Positions 61,029 through 64,000 of a stretch of DNA of 64,000 bases are shown one piece after another (position 1 is the stretch's first letter; each line of letters starts with the position of its first letter). Source of the stretch: Burkholderiales bacterium (lineage in GTDB: Bacteria > Pseudomonadota > Gammaproteobacteria > Burkholderiales > Burkholderiaceae_C); the NCBI GenBank assembly GCA_030604135.1, contig JAUVWL010000007.1, positions 92,279 through 156,278 on the forward strand, given 5' to 3'. Under the pieces are notes generated by a model, which ran no database searches, was not told the DNA's origin, and saw nothing but the letters and a program-made list of their open reading frames with translations. Made by a program: the position numbers and the translations under genes.

Positions 61029-61946
61029 ATGGCTTCTTCCCTACCGATTCCAGGCAAGCGCTTCGTCATCGGGGTGCCGTTCACCTGGCTGCTGCTGTTC
61101 TTTCTGGCGCCCTTTCTGATCGTCCTGTACATCAGTTTTGTGGACCAGGGGGCGGACATCCACCCATTCAAGGCCCTTTGGGACGCCGAGGCCGGGGTGC
61201 TGCGCCTGCGCTACGAGAACTACCTGTCCATCTTCCGCACGCATGAGGGGGCGCCGCTGTTTCGCACGCTCTACATCGAGGCCTATGGTCGTTCGGTGTA
61301 TTACGCGGCGGTGACTGCGGTCTTGTGCTTGCTGATCGGGTACCCGTTTGCTTACTTCATCGCGCGTTCGCCCGAGGGCATCCGCCCGGTGCTGCTGCTG
61401 ATGGTGATGCTGCCGTTCTGGACCGCGTTCCTGTTGCGTGTCTACGCCTGGCGCGGCTTGCTCGGCGACCGCGGGGTGATCAACCAGTTCTTCATGGCCA
61501 TCGGCCTGACCTCGGAGCCGATCCGCATGGTCTACACCGACATCTCGATGATTGTCGGCATGACCTACGTCTACCTGCCCTTCATGATCCTGCCGCTGTA
61601 TGCCAACCTGGTGAAGATGGACACGCGCCTGCTGGAGGCGGCCTATGACCTGGGCACCACGCCGTTCAAGGCCTTCTGGCTGATCACGGTGCCGCTGTCC
61701 AAGTCGGGCATCATCGCCGGCTGCATGCTGGTGTTCATCCCCTGCGTCGGTGAGTTCGTGATTCCGTCGCTGCTGGGGGGGCCGGAGAACCAGATGATCG
61801 GCCGCGTGGTCTGGGACGAGATGTTCCTGGGCAACAACTGGCCGCGGGCCACCGCCCTGGCCACCGTCATGATCCTGTTCATCGTGGTGCCGCTGGCCTT
61901 CTACCACCACCACATGGCGCGCCAGCAGGAAGGGGGCCGGGCATGA
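61029..61946 (+). CDS. potH: polyamine ABC transporter permease (PotH-like, 305 aa)
   Basis: AGGAG SD. Multi-TM protein with an EAA-like loop (LEAAYDLGTTPFKAFW). Confidence 0.85.
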   Translation: MASSLPIPGKRFVIGVPFTWLLLFFLAPFLIVLYISFVDQGADIHPFKALWDAEAGVLRLRYENYLSIFRTHEGAPLFRTLYIEAYGRSVYYAAVTAVLCLLIGYPFAYFIARSPEGIRPVLLLMVMLPFWTAFLLRVYAWRGLLGDRGVINQFFMAIGLTSEPIRMVYTDISMIVGMTYVYLPFMILPLYANLVKMDTRLLEAAYDLGTTPFKAFWLITVPLSKSGIIAGCMLVFIPCVGEFVIPSLLGGPENQMIGRVVWDEMFLGNNWPRATALATVMILFIVVPLAFYHHHMARQQEGGRA

Positions 61947-62779
61947 ACCAGCTGATCTCGCGCTACTTCGGCCGCCTGTGGCTGGTGCTGGTGTTCGCCT
62001 TCCTGTACCTGCCGCTGGTGTTCATGATCGTCTTCTCGTTCAACAGCACGCGCCAGGATGCCCGCTTCACCGGCTTCTCGCTGCGCTGGTACGAGGCGCT
62101 GCTCAACGACACCCGCATCATCGACGGCTTCTGGACCTCGATCAAGGTGGCCACCACCACCGGCATCCTGTCGGCCACGCTGGCGACGTTCGCGGCCTTT
62201 GTTCTGGTGCGTTACCGGCGCTTTTTCGGGCGCACGGTGTTCTCGGGCATGGTCAGCGCACCGCTGGTGATGCCCGAGGTGATCATCGGCCTGTCCCTGT
62301 TGCTGCTGTTCGTGGGTTCCCAGAACCTGTTCGGCTGGCCGCAGCGCGGCTTGATGACCATCGTCATCGGTCACACCCTGTTCGGCATGGCGTTTGCGGT
62401 GGTGGTGATCCAGAGCCGGTTGCAGGAAATGGACCGCAGCCTCGAAGAGGCGGCCATGGACCTGGGGGCCAAGCCGCACCAGGTGTTTTTTCTGGTCACG
62501 TTGCCCAACATGTCGCAGGCCATCCTGGCCGGCTTCCTGCTGGCCTTCACCCTGAGTTTCGACGACGTGGTGATTGCCGAATTCCTGTCCGGACCCGGGG
62601 TGAACACCTTGCCGCAGGTGATCTATGGTTATGCCCGACGGGGCATCAACCCGACCATCTACGCGGCGGCCACCATCCTGATCTGCACCGTCACCATCGT
62701 GGTGGTGACCTACGCCCTGTGGGTGGCGCGCAGCGCCCGCAAGCGCCAGCGCGAAATCGCCGCTGCGGCCAAGACCTGA
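61943..62779 (+). CDS. potI: polyamine ABC transporter permease (PotI-like, 278 aa)
   Basis: ATGA overlap. EAA loop LEEAAMDLGAKPHQVFF. Confidence 0.85.
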   Translation: MNQLISRYFGRLWLVLVFAFLYLPLVFMIVFSFNSTRQDARFTGFSLRWYEALLNDTRIIDGFWTSIKVATTTGILSATLATFAAFVLVRYRRFFGRTVFSGMVSAPLVMPEVIIGLSLLLLFVGSQNLFGWPQRGLMTIVIGHTLFGMAFAVVVIQSRLQEMDRSLEEAAMDLGAKPHQVFFLVTLPNMSQAILAGFLLAFTLSFDDVVIAEFLSGPGVNTLPQVIYGYARRGINPTIYAAATILICTVTIVVVTYALWVARSARKRQREIAAAAKT

Positions 62780-62795
62780 GCCCAGGCGCAGGTTT

Positions 62796-64000
62796 TCACA
62801 GCTGCGATTCGATCGGCAGCCAGCCCAGCAGGTGGACCAGCGCCAGCAGCCAACGGGGCACCTGGGGTTCGCTGCCGTGGGTTTGGTCGGCCTCGTGCCA
62901 GCGCAGGGCGCCCGTGTCGTCCAGTGACAGCCGCCAGGACTTGTCGGGCTCGCTGGCCCGAACGAACATGGCTTCCAGTTCGGCGGCCAGGGGGGCGTGG
63001 TCGAACAGCACCCCCATCTCGGTGTTGAGCTGGGCCGAGCGCGGGTCGAAATTGAAGGAACCGACGAAGCCGCGCCGGCCATCGATGACGAAGGCCTTGG
63101 TGTGCAGGCTGGCGCCGCTGCTGCCCAGGAGTTCCCGGTTGATGTTGGCCGCCGACGGCTTCAGTTCGTACAGGCGCACGCCCCGCGACAGCAGCGGCGC
63201 GCGCTGGTGCTGGTAGCCGGCGTGCACCACCGGCACGTCGGTGGCCGCCAGTGAGTTGGTGATGACCTTGACGTCGACGCCGCGGGTGGCCTGCCCGGTC
63301 AGCAGCAGCACCCCGGGGTCGCCGGGCACGAAGTAAGGCGACATGAGCCAGCTGCGCTCGCGGGCCGAGAACAGCAGCTGCATCAGGTCGTACAGCAACC
63401 AGTCGGCCCGTTCCCGGCGGCTGGCCAGCGGGGCGGCTTTCTCCGGCGGGTCGGAGAGCACGCGCAGGCTGGGTGTCCAGTGCATGCGCACCTCCTGGCG
63501 CAGCCGGTCGGCCAGCACACGCGGGTCACCCAGGGCCTGCACCCAGGCAGAGGCACCGGCGTCGGCGTACAGCTGGGCCCGCCACTGGGGCAGTTTCTCG
63601 GGTTCGGCGGGTTTGGAGCGCAGGGCGCGCAGCGGAATGACCTCGGCGCTGTTCCAGAAGCGGTCGAACACGGCGCTGGCCTGCTCGACGGCCGGCCCGG
63701 CCAGCAGGAGGTCGGCGTCGTGGAAGTTCATGGTGGGGGCTGCGTCGAAGTACTCGTCGCCGATGTTGCGTCCACCGACCAGGGCCAGGCGGTTGTCGGC
63801 GATCCATGCCTTGTTGTGCATGCGGCGGTTGAAGCCGACAAAGCGCATCACCTTCTCTAGCGCGCGGCGCCAGGCGGTGGTGCGGTTGCGGGTGGGGTTG
63901 AACAGGCGCACCTCGAACAGGGGGTGGGTGTCCATGGCCAGCAGCAGCGGGTCGCGCGCCGGGCCGTTCATGTCGTCGATCAGCAGGCGCACACGGACGC
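62796..64000 (-). CDS. phospholipase D / cardiolipin synthase-family protein, N-terminus beyond window end (partial)
   Basis: Two HKD motifs (HNKAWIADNRLALVGGRNIGDEY and HTKAFVIDGRRGFVGSFNFDPRS). The frame stays open to position 64000. Confidence 0.8.
   Translation of the reverse strand, partial: VRVRLLIDDMNGPARDPLLLAMDTHPLFEVRLFNPTRNRTTAWRRALEKVMRFVGFNRRMHNKAWIADNRLALVGGRNIGDEYFDAAPTMNFHDADLLLAGPAVEQASAVFDRFWNSAEVIPLRALRSKPAEPEKLPQWRAQLYADAGASAWVQALGDPRVLADRLRQEVRMHWTPSLRVLSDPPEKAAPLASRRERADWLLYDLMQLLFSARERSWLMSPYFVPGDPGVLLLTGQATRGVDVKVITNSLAATDVPVVHAGYQHQRAPLLSRGVRLYELKPSAANINRELLGSSGASLHTKAFVIDGRRGFVGSFNFDPRSAQLNTEMGVLFDHAPLAAELEAMFVRASEPDKSWRLSLDDTGALRWHEADQTHGSEPQVPRWLLALVHLLGWLPIESQL

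Noticed and set aside
1-64000. CRISPR arrays, rRNA genes, integrase/att-type prophage borders, retron or DGR reverse transcriptases
   Set aside because: - No regularly spaced direct repeats were found.
- No rRNA-like low-GC structured stretches were found.
- No tyrosine or serine recombinase and no RT motif (YxDD) ORFs were found.
- The prophage is transposable (DDE transposase), so no integrase is expected.

Overview
GC-rich (by eye about two-thirds G+C) proteobacterial chromosome segment. Gene content and REP-type repeats look betaproteobacterial or Burkholderiales-like, but that is inference only.

Positions 1-36032 are the right ~36 kb of a Mu-like transposable prophage with a BcepMu-style divergent layout.
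- A leftward, translationally coupled early operon runs off the window start: Ner-like regulator, wHTH protein, DUF3102-like protein, MuA-like DDE transposase, MuB-like ATPase, several small genes, Gam.
- A rightward immunity/accessory block (6954-10749) is followed by the late genes: lysis cassette with embedded Rz1, Mu-type head module (gp27-like, terminase, DUF935 portal, MuF, G, I, capsid), and a siphovirus-type tail (tube, 916-aa tape measure, tip and fibre genes).
- The phage right end is recognisable at 36032 (...GCGATTTATCTCGCCGCGCTTCA).

Host DNA follows:
- crotonase and thioesterase
- minCDE
- a DnaA-box cluster
- a Pat-type protein acetyltransferase next to an HDAC-family deacetylase
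- a UbiH-family monooxygenase
- a copper module: Spy/CpxP-like Met/His-rich protein, cueR, copZ, copA
- a hemerythrin-domain protein
- a large polyamine locus: ureohydrolase, FAD oxidase, MocR regulator, puuD, puuA, class-III aminotransferase, potFGHI
- a truncated PLD-family gene

Most interesting observations:
1. An uncharacterised, lower-GC, repressor-side accessory operon at 6954-10749: coiled-coil/Zn-ribbon protein, XRE repressor, two DUF4124-type secreted paralogues, and a 328-aa membrane protein. This is the best candidate for an undescribed prophage exclusion/defence module.
2. A ~58-bp element present three times, exactly at the starts of the lysis/head, protease/capsid and tail-tip operons. 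Each copy ends in a GC hairpin that abuts an SD-less start codon, and the stem sequence differs in copy 3 while pairing is kept.
3. A membrane protein plus lipoprotein pair, and a frame-disrupted small membrane ORF, embedded in the tail operon.
4. A MuF head protein with an extra C-terminal domain.
5. A 161-bp palindromic MITE-like element inserted in the tip of a REP hairpin. An uninterrupted copy of that REP unit lies 2.3 kb away.

No CRISPR array, rRNA or credible tRNA was seen. Many long ORFs in the track are antisense shadow ORFs typical of GC-rich DNA.
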